Of a DNA stretch of 64,000 nucleotides, positions 52,640-64,000 are shown in pieces (the first letter of the stretch is position 1; the number at the start of each line of letters is the position of its first letter). Below the pieces are notes generated by a model, which made no database searches, was not told the DNA's origin, and saw only the letters and a list, made by a program, of their open reading frames with translations. The position numbers were made by a program, and so were the translations under genes. The DNA comes from Hypanus sabinus (lineage: Eukaryota), in assembly GCF_030144855.1 (NCBI RefSeq), contig NC_082718.1:88660001-88724000 (forward strand). The letters are read 5' to 3'.

Positions 52640-54758
52640 AGTGACTTGACTTGACTTGAAACAAGTTGATGATGGATCAGAACTCAGCTCCTGAATATGT
52701 ACAGTACATGTACATGTATCATCTTTGTACTCTCATTCGATGGTTGAGGTTTAGGCATCACTGGCTCTACGTGTAATTACCATAAGACAAAGGAGCAGAA
52801 GTCGGCCATTCGGCCCATTGAAACTGCTCCACGATTTCATCATGAGCTGATCCAATCTCCCCTTTAGTCTCATTCCCCCACCTTCTCACCATACCACAGG
52901 TTAACCAGTATTCCATTATTTCTAAAGATAAGATCTACTCCCACAGGACATTTGTCGGATGTCAGGTGCACCGTCACGGTGATCAAGATTGAGAATAGTG
53001 TGGGAAAAGGATGTGCTCTTGTTTGACACCAGTCTGCACCGTGATTAATTCAGCTGCCATGGTTAGTGAGATTGAAGAAGATCATGTATTTTTCTTAAAG
53101 GTCCACATCTGGACAGATAGAACCCTACTATGACGTGGGAAACAGTGCTTTGTCCTCTGGGATCGAGTGGTTGAGGAAGATCCTGTCAATACATGAGATC
53201 ACTTTTCATGTGGAAACAACAGCAAGACCCCTTTAATAGTTAGCACAGTTAAATCAGTTTCCTTTCTTGAAGATGGTCATGATACAGCAACTCCATGATA
53301 TACCCTCTTCCTAGAAACAGAGAAGGAGATGGTGGGTTTGTGACTGAAACAGGTCACTGCTAAGCTTTAAGATTTCAGTAGGATTCTGTCTGCTACTGAG
53401 GACTTGTCATTTTTTCAGCTGGAAAATGGCATTCTTAACTTCTTTCTAGAAACAAATAGTAGCAACACAACTCAAATAAATTGCTGTGGGATAGAGTCCA
53501 GGGTGCTCATGTTAAGCTAAAAGTTGTGGTTAAGGAACACTGTAGTGTTCTTTACCATGGGCATTGACCCTGCACTTGGCTGTCAGTGGTGAGGCCTGGG
53601 TGTTTGGACCATAGGTGACTCTTATAGGTCAGGTTACAGATGTTAGTGATTTTCTGAGCCTTGGTGCTTCCTTCATCAACCACTCTTTCTTTAGTCCAAG
53701 GATTTTCTGTCTGACTTCAGGTTCTCTTTGAGCTGTTTCTTCTCCCTTTAATAAAGATGGAGCTTTCAATCCAGAAAAAAAGGGATCACCTCCTTGTCAT
53801 TCTCACCAAACCAGTCCTTGCTCTTCTGCATAGAGAAGCCAAGAGTAACTTCACAGGTGCCATTCATGGTGAACTACCGGAAAGCCCATAACCTGTGGAC
53901 ATTTGGAGATGACTCTGATGGGCTGGGATTTAAAGAGTAGGTTGCTGCAATGGCGCAAGAGCCAATATGATCCAGCACAAGCATTTTACATTTTAATACG
54001 TTATTATGATATCTCTCAGATACAAGTTTGATTAATACAGGTTAAAATTATCACTAGTACATTTTAAAATAAGTTTTATCTATGACTCTCAATAAACCTG
54101 ATTTTTATATAACTGGAAATAACTTTTTAAAAGCTTAAACATGATCTTAGAATACATTTGTAAATTAAAAATAAAAGTAATTTAAAACACTTCAATGCCA
54201 ATATCCTTGCACCCGAAAGTTCCAGTTTAATTTTAAGCACAAAATACACTGCAGATGCTGGCGTCAAGGCAACACGTATTCATGCTGGAGGAACTCAGCA
54301 GGTCAGGTAGTATCCATGCCAGTTTAATTTGGGAACTTCCTTAAAGGCCCACAAATGACTCTAATTAGCAGGAACCTGGATATTGATTGATTCACACTGG
54401 AAATAGTGGTAATGTTTACATTTTTGTTTGCTAAAACTGTTATTTATTATTTAGTGCACGGAATATATAACTTAATTTACAAACTTTTGATTTGACTTTC
54501 TTGAATCTTCAATTTACAAACTTTTTCTTTGCAACAAGTAGCATGTCACTCTGTGCATAAGGATACACTGTACAAGACTCATCTGTTTGTAACTTTACTA
54601 AATTAAATGTTATAGGAATGTAATCTGTGTATATCAAGTGATGTACTCGTGTGTACAATTCCGGGATCATTTTCATAGGTTCTTCAAATATCAGAAAATG
54701 ATGCCAAAGAATAACCAAGTAACCACAAATGTATTGTGCTTTTTATATTCCCATTTAC

Positions 54759-54949
54759 CTCTTCATGTCTCAGCATGTTGTTAATTTTCATTTTTTCCTT
54801 TTCCAGTTCTTTGCTAGTCATCTTAAATTGCTCCATTGTCCTCTCGAATTGATTAGTTGTTAGTCTAAGTTGTTCTTCAAGAGCTAACACCTCACTTCTA
54901 TCTGCCATCTTGGTTCTCATTTCTTCCAGCAAACTCTGCTTAGAGTCCT
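54759..54949 (-). CDS. CCDC157: CCDC157 exon
   Basis: ggacag|AG+DSKQSLLEEMRTKMADRSEV...SKELEKEKMKINNMLRHEE|gtaaat; compare human ELDKEKARVDSMVRHQE. Confidence 0.92.
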
Positions 54950-55789
54950 CTGTCCAGGAATAACAGCCAAAATAAGAATGATTTCTCCTGTATTCCTCAG
55001 AGCTCAGTATTACTGAATACATTTTTGGCATATGTAACTAAATGCTTGATCTCAGACAGTATTATAAGCACATAATACAGGTTACATCTAAGATGATACC
55101 ATATTCTGCGGTGTAAATGCAAGGAACTGGTACATAGATGCCAGTATTTCCTGACTACAAACTAAAAGGCACATTATAAATATTGTAAACTATTAGACAG
55201 TTTGGTCCAGAGAGGAATGATGGATCTTACTTAGAGGCATTCTTATAAGCTTCCAATCATTTCTGGAATACGGGGATCTCTAATCAAGATGAGGAACCTG
55301 CATAAGATTCTATCAATGATGATAAAGTATCAAATTTTTAAGAGACATTGAAACTTTATATTGTCCTGTTTTGCAAGTATCCCAAGTGCTTCTTTAAGTC
55401 TGTGTCCTGCATTAATCAGGGAAGCCATATTCCTTGGGTTTATTTGAGAGAAACATTTTCCCTTGATTACATTTTAACATTTTGCTGTTTATAGCCTTCA
55501 GACATAGCCTCTAGTGTGTGTTTATGAGAAGTTAAACTGTAAAGTTATTCTCACCTTTCCGGCTAAACATAATCCACAACATATGTACTTTATGTACAGA
55601 CACTCCTGTACCTGGTGTCACTTTAAGCACATTCAATGTATATATACTATTTTATTTATATTTATTGTGTTTTTATTATTGTGTTCTTTATCTTATTGTG
55701 TGTTTTAATTTGTGCTGCACTGGATAATGGAATAACAAAGATTTCATTTTCTTTTACACCTGTGTACTGGAAATGGCATTAAACTAAGG

Positions 55790-56630
55790 ATTTCAGCGGC
55801 CACTCTGGAGCTGATTATCTGTTATTTGTGAAGTGGGGTGCTGTGCGCAGTCATAATCGGATGAAAAACGGACATGGGAGCACAGAGGAACATCTGGAAA
55901 TCTCCAGGAAGACCTTCTTTGCTGCTGCTGCTGAGAGGTCCGGGTCTCTGCTGGGAAAAACAGACCCCTAGTCCTCGGGGTCGCGTTGCCGATGGCCGTT
56001 GGCGGGGGCGTCTTAATATGCTTGGCAGAGGATGGTGCTCAGAGAAGCTGTGCCGGAGGGGATGGTTGGAGGCTCGGAGGATTGACAGACTCGGAGTCCG
56101 CTGCAGTAGGAGCGCTTTCACTGTGTGCTGTGTCTGTGAGGCTGTGTCAGGTGGCGCCATGGAAGTCCATAGCGGGGGCATTCCCTTCTGCCGCCTGCAT
56201 GGGATGATGAGTCTATCAGGACCCTTGTGGAAACTGTGTGGTGGTTTCTTTTGAACTTATAGTCTTTTAACATCTTTGGACTATTTTTACTGTGCCCATG
56301 GTCTGTTTTTTTTTATCAATTATGCTATTGTTTGCACTGTTGTAACTATGTGGTTTTGTGCAGGTCTTGTAGCTTTAGTTTTTGGTCTTGTTTTGTCTGG
56401 TGGAATTAGAGTTCCTTTCCGGGGAACGCGCTGAGACGGTAGCGCGATATTAATAGGCAGCAGCCTCTCCGGACTCTGGACTGGGGATTGCCAAACGTTA
56501 TGTGGATTTTCTGGTGTAGTCTGTTTTGTCATGCACTTTTGTGATATCATTCTGGAGGAACGTTGTCTCATTTTTTTAACTGCATTGCATTTGTGGTTTC
56601 TAAATGACAATAAACTGAATCTGAATCTGA
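55790..56630 (+). mobile_element. CpG-rich non-autonomous retroelement with a Rex1-type tail
   Basis: 3' end gacaataaactgaatctgaatctga resembles the Rex1 tail at about 52610-52640. No RT motifs are visible in its ORFs. Confidence 0.65.
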
Positions 56631-57094
56631 AATAATCTTGAATATGCGTACTGGATTTTGTAAGCATTGGGTCTGTTGCCAGTCACTTCAGGTTAATCAG
56701 AATATCACCAGATACTGTCCATAATCATATGGTGATTCAGACTTGCTGTTGTGGAGATGTGGGCTTTGAAAATGTGCAGGCATTACCAACTGATGCTCAC
56801 TGATATTTCATTAGATATGCTGCCATCTGCTCGATTTTAAAAATACATAGCTGGTAACTAGGTGTACAGAAAATTATGGAGCACAGGTGAGCTAATAGTG
56901 AAAATTAGATGATATCAAAGCAGCACTGAGGGAATGAAAGAGAACAAATAATCCAGGTACGCACTGACGATCAGGTCCAAACACATACATTCCACAAAAT
57001 CTGATAAATCAAGATTTTTTTCTTAAATTTCATTCATAGCTGCTTCCTCCCTAAAGAATCAAAAAAAATGAGGAATGGTACTTTGCAGACTTAC

Positions 57095-57172
57095 CAAGCT
57101 CTCTAATGAGCACATGTTGTGCCTGGATTTCCTCCTTTAGAACTGATAACTTCTCTTCCAATGTAGCATTTC
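57095..57172 (-). CDS. CCDC157: CCDC157 exon
   Basis: gttgtag|GA+NATLEEKLSVLKEEIQAQHVLIREL+G|gtaagt; 78 nt, phase 1-1. Confidence 0.9.
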
Positions 57173-57483
57173 CTACAACAAAGCTGTAGAATTAACATCA
57201 GGGGATCTAAAGACAATAGTTCATAGATTTCCAACCTACTAGACATAAATTATTGAATACCAGACTACAAAGGGAAGCAACCTGTTATTTATGGTGGGAG
57301 CGGCAAACAAATTTTTACCTAATTATGAAAAGCAGTTTTAAAATGACAGTATTGTTTGAAATAAAGTGGATTTGCCCAATGCATTAAGTTGAATAAAGAT
57401 TAATGCCAAATGATTCCCACATTATTTAAAAATATACATTCTATTTTCTCACCATCTAGTAAATATGTCAAATCTTGGTTTAC

Positions 57484-58195
57484 CTTTTCTGAGTGTCTCT
57501 TTATCCTTCTCAAGTTTTGCGACTGTCTCAGAGTTGTTCTTTTTAATCTCCTCTATTTGGTTGTTAAACTCTTTTATCTTCAAGAGCTGCTGCTCTTTCT
57601 CCTTTTCCAGTTCTCTATTAAAATTATCTACCTTTTTCTTCATTTTGTTTTGCTGCTCTTCGGTGGCTTGTAGCTCAGCCTTCAGTGGGTTAATGCTGTT
57701 CATGAGTTCAGTGAGATGTTTGTTGATTCGTGCCAAGTCTTTGTTCTGCTCAGAGGCCCAGTAAGCCACATCAGTTGCTGTCATTATTCCATCCCCAAGG
57801 GTTTCCTTCACCACATCCTGAAATCTGCTTACAGCAGATGGAATATTCTGATTATGGCAAATAGTGATAATGGAACTGCTGACTTTTTTAAGGGTTGCTT
57901 GTGTGCGGGCACATGCATCACATGGTACCAAGGCTGATTCCACTGTCTGTGAGCCAGTGCTCCGAGTGTCCGTGGCTATACCTGATACAGAATTCCTTGG
58001 AGTTCCACTTAGTGCAGAATGAAGGGTAGGTGTAGCAGACATTGGCAACTGTGTAATCACAGCAGATTTCATGCTGCTGCTGGTGGAAGATGAACTGGGA
58101 GATGTAGGTGAACAACTCTTCAACCTTTCAATCTCTGCCTTGGAATCCATTAAATCATTCTGTAGTTTAGCAATGTCATCCACCATTAACTTTTT
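57484..58195 (-). CDS. CCDC157: CCDC157 large exon
   Basis: ttaatag|KKLMVDDIAK...TRSTGSQTVESALVPCDACARTQ...WASEQNKDLARINKH...KETLRK+G|gtaaac; matches human SQTIETALVPCDAC. Confidence 0.96.
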
Positions 58196-59393
58196 CTATT
58201 AATGGAAGGCATGATTCATCAGATTTAGAGGCAGGAGCAGTATATCCTATTCAAGTTCAACTATAACAAATGCATAGTATAGTACTTTGGCAAGGTAGGT
58301 AATGTTTCATTATTTATGTAAAAATAATGCAAGACTAGCCTTTCACAATTCTTTAGCCAGTAGGATGGATGGTCTAATTACAGTACTTTTGTGTGTTGTT
58401 GTGAAGTCTGCCACATAACCCCACCTTGGTAATTGCACTCTGAGTAAAAATCTTGACTGATACTGTTACCATTTCCAATTCTCACATCAGATAAGTGCAA
58501 TTCTTCCCAAACTAGATATCATCAAAATAAGTTGTTACACCATCAGCATAGCCAAAGAGTAACAGTGTAAATTTGATTTTATTTGCAGATTGGGAAGACT
58601 TGTATCTGCTGGAAATTGATGTAAATGTGAGAAATTGCAAATCCGTTTCTAATCAGAGGTATGTTGTCTGCATGGACTACCAAGAATTTTGGAAAGCTAT
58701 GTGGCTAAACTCTAGATATATCACATAAATTAATCTGTCATGGTGCGTAATTGAGATGCTACAGTTTTACAGTGATGTTTTTCTACTAAAATGTTAAAAG
58801 GAATCCTTAAATGTCTCCCTTATAAAAGATTCAAAGAAGAGCAGAGGGTGTTTCCCCTGTGCCCTGTCAATCTGATATTTATTTCTTAACCAAAATCTCC
58901 ATTATACCAAATGTATTTGTCTCATGTTGTACTACATGGTCACTATACTTTACAAGACTGCAGAATACCAGAAGTGCTAAATAAATATATTTTTATTTCC
59001 TTTTTACTGCATCATTGAAAACAGCTACAAATTATCTGGATCCTGTGAGTGAGAGAATTATCCAACAAAAATATTGTGGTTCTATACAGTAATCTAGATG
59101 AAAAATAAATAGGCATGAATTGTATAAGGAAATTATTTGTGCAATGTTTTTGTTTTATATAGCAGATCCAGTTTGATGAATTTGTAAAAATTTATATGTG
59201 ATATTTAATTAGCATTGATTTATTGATACCTCACTACCACATTTCAAAGGCAGTAGTCAATAAATGGTGGTCAGTGGTGGCCAGGGCTACCTAGATCCTG
59301 AAAATGAATAAGAAAGATTTGTGTGATGGATTAAGCTGATGACAATAGCAATCGACAATGTCTCTGAGTGAAATAATACATGGACAATCTAAG

Positions 59394-59610
59394 TTCACAC
59401 ATAAGATGCAGGAGGAACTCAGCAGACCAGGCAGCATCTGAGAAAAGAGTAAACAGTTGATGTTTTGGACCAAGATGCCCTCATGAAGGGTCTCGGCCTG
59501 AAACGTCGACTGTTTACTCTTTTCCATAGATGCTGCCAGACCTGCTGAGTTCCTCCAGCATTTTGTGTGTGTTGCTTGGATTTCCAGCATCTGCAGAGTT
59601 TCTCTTGCTT
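59394..59610. mobile_element. Palindromic Penelope-type repeat
   Basis: Inverted arms of about 85 nt around a centre near 59483, with a hammerhead-like motif at 59480-59512. Confidence 0.8.
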
Positions 59611-59836
59611 GTTATTCAACAATCTAGGTTCTTTGACCTTAAAACTGTGCCTTCCAGAAGAGGTTAATGTCTAAGGAGTAACATTGTTACATTGAAAAAT
59701 GTTACATTGGAATACTATACATTAAGATTTTCTACTTTCAGTTTGTATTCAATTTTCATCTTTGTTACCATGAATTAAATGCAAATGAGTTTTACAAATA
59801 TTGTAACAATGAATCCTAAGTTACCTCAGTGCTTAC

Positions 59837-59996
59837 CTTCTGATAGAGGGAAGCAAGTTTAAGCATGCTGTTCCAATATTTTTTCACTACCAGGCCCACA
59901 GACATAGATGGACCAACTGACTTAGAAACAGGGATAGTCTGATCCTTTATTAAAACATCAACATAGTGTGTGAAACTCTGAAGCAATAGCACCAGC
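59837..59996 (-). CDS. CCDC157: CCDC157 exon (most 5' coding exon found in the window)
   Basis: ttctag|G+LVLLLQSFTHYVDVLIKDQTIPVSKSVGPSMSVGLVVKKYWNSMLKLASLYQK|gtaagc; compare human RLLLLLQS...GPCMSVGLTVRRFW. Confidence 0.94.
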
Positions 59997-60911
59997 CTAG
60001 AAAATGAAGTACAATTATATTAGTATCCGTTCTAATATAATTTTATTTTAGCATAAGTTGTTTGATTAAGCCAGCTATATGCAAATAATGCTAAATTGTA
60101 GAGTGTAGTTACATTTTTCAACAAGGGTAACTTAAAAATGTCACAAAATAATTTTATTTGGTTAATGGCTTGGAAAAAAGATAGCATGTTGATTACTGTT
60201 TTAAATAGATGTTAGTATCTAATGAAGCAAATTCATTCTGAGTTATCTGCTTATCCTGTTGGTGAATTTCCCTTATCTGTCATGTTTAAAAATTCCTACT
60301 ACAAAAGCCAAATGAATTATCAGAATCATTTGAATATTTCATATGAAGTAGTGCTAGCAGATAAATCTTTTTTAGGATTTGTGGATCATGTCCATTTAGG
60401 TTTGTATAAAGAAATCTCTAAAGAGGAGGGATGTCTAGACAGTAAACTTTCATTACAAATCTAATTATTGGTACCTACTGGGTCAGGTGCCTCTGGTGAT
60501 GTTAAGAATGGCAACTAGTTCCACCAAATTTTGAATGGCTTCATTGGGGAAGAGAAGGCATGTTCAAACCGATCTGTTAGCGATTTCAGAGAATAATGTC
60601 TTATATCAAAGTCTGTAAACCCAAAATGTTAAGCAAGTTTAAATATGATACTGACCTTCGAGCTCTGACTGAAGTCATAGTCCTCCTTTACTTCCATGCA
60701 GTACCAGGTCATCCCACTCCAAACTGTTTTCAGACTTTTTGAATGTTCTCATCAGTTTAATTTATATTGAGTGCAGGAGTTTTAGATATTTAATGCTAAC
60801 TTTGTATGCTACCAATGGTTTCTATAATTGTTGCTCAATTTCTCTGAAACTAGTGAGTATAGTCATGTAGAGAGGACAGAAATCTTATCCAAGTAGAAAG
60901 TACTTATCAAA

Positions 60912-61390
60912 GTTCAAAGTAAATTTATTATTGAAGTATGAATATGCCACCATGTACTACCCTGATATTCATTTTCATGGAGATGCAAAGAAACACAACA
61001 GAAACAATGAAAACCCCCAAATGACATAAATGGACAAAAAAACAATGTGCATAATAAGGCAATTACAAAAAAACCCATTAAAAATAAATAAATAACAAAT
61101 AATACAGAGAACATGAAAGGGAGTCCACAGGGTATGGAGGAGAGTGAAGTTATCCACGCTGGTTCAGGTTGAAGGGTAATTAAGTCTCCTGTACCTCCTT
61201 CCCAACAGCAGCAGTGAGAAGAGAACCTGCCTTCGATGGTGGCGGCCCTTGGTGATGGATGCTTCTTTCCCGTGGCAGCACTCCCTGTAGATGTGCTTCA
61301 ATGATGGGGAGGGGTTTTCCTGTGAGGGACAGGGCTGACTGTATTCACAACTTTTTATAGGCTTTCCTGTTCATTGGTGTTTACTTAGAA
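60912..61390 (-). mobile_element. Rex1/Babar-type LINE 3' fragment
   Basis: Reverse-complement tail gttcaaagtaaatttattatt and a degenerate C-terminus. Confidence 0.65.
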
Positions 61391-61952
61391 GAATTCGCAC
61401 CAGATTGATTTTAAGATTCCTGTGCACTGTGATTATTTCCAAGCTATAAAATTACCTGGAAATGTTATTTTTATTGGTTTGGTTTGCTTTTGTACATTTC
61501 ACTGTGAAATGTTTCAAATATTCACTTCTCAGACACATTGGCAATATACTGTGGAAATTTTGAAAATCTGAAACATAAGCAAGAATTCTGGAATCACATT
61601 TAACGATCCTCCCAGCAGTGAGTGTTGCCAGGTCTCAGGAGAAGAAAGAGCAGCACACCTGTTGAAATCAGGCCTCAGTCAGCACCTTGACTTCAGATGC
61701 TCCATAATCTCAGCCAATGTTTTCCTGATAATGTACCTGAGACTTTTTCTCTTTAATTAAATCTGTTCAGTTGGAAGGCAAACCAGCTGAGTGATTGGAG
61801 CAGCACTGTATCACAGCAAAGCTGTTACATCCATGTTACTATGTTGAAGTCATTTATTAAACACCTGTTAACAAACTTATGAATTTAAAAAAAATGTATT
61901 TTTCAAAATATCTGAAGTGATTTGTCCCTTTCAAAATAAAGAAAAAAACTAT

Positions 61953-62255
61953 AGGCACTATGGTAGTGTAGCAGTTAGCGTGACACTATTACAGCTCAAG
62001 TCATTTTGGATTTCATTTCTGGCATTGTTCTGTAAGCTGTCTATGTACATCCTCTCCTGGAATGTGTGGGTTTTCTCCAGGTCCTCAGATTTCCTCCCAC
62101 AATCCAAAGACTACTGGGTAGATTAATTGATCATTGTAAAATATCCGTGATTAGGTTAGGGTTAATCGGGGTTGAAGTAGCTGGGGCATCGTGACTCAAG
62201 AGGGCCAGAAGGGCCTACTGTGCTGTATCGCTAAATAAAATAGATAAATAAAATA
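61953..62255 (+). mobile_element. HE1-like tRNA SINE with a CR1-type tail
   Basis: Head ggcactatggtagtgtagcagttagc and tail gggccagaagggcctactgtgctgtatcgctaaataaaata. Confidence 0.75.
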
Positions 62256-64000
62256 AAAGTTGCAGTATCATTAAAGCAAATTTTAAATGAATATAGAAGC
62301 TGTGACCTGGAGAAAAGAACATAAGAAGATGGAACACACTATTTGACCCTTGATTGACTATTCTGTCATTCAATGGGAAATATGTGATAAGGTGGAAGAT
62401 AAAAGAGATTAAATGGCAAAAGGCAAAAGATGATGAGGCAAGAAAAGTGAGAAAGGTAAACAAATTAAAGATGCATCAGGAAGTGTAAATCATTACTATG
62501 ACAACTTAACTGAAAAATAAGGCACTATTCTTTGAGTTTCATTGAAAAAGTGTGAAAACTTGATGATAGAGATGAAAGAGCTGGTGAATTAAAATGGTAA
62601 GTGATCGGTAGCTTGGGAACCAAACAGAAGTGTAAAATGATTGCTTATGTTTCTTTGGTCTTCTCACCAAGGAGGAAACCATATCATGAGCATTAAGTAG
62701 AAGAGTGGTATACAATATACGGACAGGGAGTTCGATTCAACTACACACCTCTATGACCTGTCTCTGTTCAATACTCTCTTTTGCACTTATCAATACAGTA
62801 CTGGCAGCCAGCCTGTGATCTGTGAAGCTCAGTGCAGGAAACTGTTTTTATACTAAAAATAACAAGGTTCCCCAGCTTGGCAACAGTCAAAAATTTTGAC
62901 TACGTATCTGTCTGCAAATGTCTGTGTAATTCAAAGACAATCAAGAGTAATAAAATATTTAATGGAAAACATTTACTACAAAGAGTTATGTAATACCTGG
63001 AATTTAACCCATCACTTGGAACCATCTCTCCCCATTGAAATAAATTAAGTCATGTTCAGAGAATAAATGTCTCAGTTAAAGCAAAATGAATCAAAACACT
63101 ATTGTCAATTCAACCTGGAACATTAACTCTGTTTCCCTTCCGACAGATGCAGCCTGACCTGCTGAGTATTTCCAGCATTTTTGTTTAATTTTCGAGCATC
63201 CGCAGTTTTTAAAGCATATGTGCACTTCTGGAACAGAGTACATTAAACTAAAGTTTCATCTGGAAGGGAAATTTTGGGATCATGATGGTGAGAAAAGAGG
63301 ATGTGAAAGTGTGGATGTCTAATCTTCTACCTCTGTGTGGGTGAGTATCAAGAGAAATAGAGTGGGCATTGGGAGTGCTGGATGAGTGGCCAAGATGTTT
63401 GTTGTGCAGAGAATGCTAGGAGGGGAAGAGAGAAGATTTTGTGCTAATGCAGAAATGTTGGAGAATATTCTGTTGAATGTTGAAACTGGGAGCAGAGAGG
63501 GATCAGAGGTAGTTGTAATTGGTAGTGCAAGGTTAGGGTAGGGCAGGAAGGGGTGAATAGAAGTGCAGTGAGGCAATAAATGGTGATCTTATATCTGGCC
63601 ATTGATCTGAAACGTTAGTACTATTACTCATTCCAACATGTTGTGTATTTTTAGCATTTTCAGTTTTTAATCTATCTTTCAGAACCATGATATTATTAAT
63701 CTCGCAGTGACTTTTGGATAGTATGACACTGGACCCTACTTATTTTGCAACCCAAGCCATTTTCAAAATGCAGCAGTGACATCTGCTGGTGAGAAAGCAC
63801 ATTAAAATTTTATTCAGCAAAATGTAATATAATCAAAATCAGGTTTATCAACATTGACATATGTTATGGAATATGGTAACTTATAACTCAGAAGTATTTT
63901 AAATTCAATAGATATTCTCGAAAGGTGCATGAACACTTACAAATTGGAAGGATATGGACATTGTTTAGTGGCACTAAGGCACTAGTTTAGTAGGGCATGT

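Larger units (their letters stand above)
49810..53990 (-). mobile_element. Old RTE/BovB-like LINE split by later insertions
   Basis: Minus-strand VQTGVKQ..ILFPTLF remnant near 53000-53040 and RTE C-terminal remnants at about 49900-50500. Confidence 0.6.

Noticed and set aside
55822-56667. Several overlapping ORFs over 100 aa
   Set aside because: They lie in a GC-rich repeat with few stops and show no recognisable domain or exon structure.
60655-60850. Candidate first coding exon of CCDC157
   Set aside because: The required phase-2 frame has a stop and lacks the expected SWKFPD or LELVIDR motifs, so that exon probably lies beyond 64000.

Overview
This is vertebrate genomic DNA. The repeat repertoire suggests a cartilaginous fish, probably a ray (inference). 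I rebuilt three spliced genes by hand from splice signals and phase continuity. (1) A SEC14L2-family gene on the minus strand: coding exon 1 at 10336-10389, exon 2 at 1-50, continuing off the left edge. (2) A complete 10-exon RNF215 on the plus strand (12904-33281, about 374 aa; signal peptide, PA-like ectodomain, TM, RING-H2), with one GC-AG intron. (3) CCDC157 on the minus strand: 9 coding exons in 39233-59996, with the first coding exon apparently beyond the right edge. The SEC14L<->RNF215-><-CCDC157 arrangement matches human 22q12 as I recall it. Almost all other listed ORFs are spurious or transposon remnants: CR1, Rex1/Babar, RTE, L1, Penelope-like, Tigger, hAT, tRNA-SINEs and four solo LTRs with intact TSDs. 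The most notable non-gene signals are hammerhead-ribozyme cores in palindromic Penelope-type repeats, a TSD-bounded internally deleted RTE with a structured 5' end, an inverted duplication in the last RNF215 intron, and a three-level nested insertion. I found no CRISPR, rRNA, true tRNA or prokaryotic system, and I cannot demonstrate a wholly new biological system from sequence alone. Repeat boundaries without TSDs are approximate, and family and orthologue calls rest on recalled motifs, not database searches.
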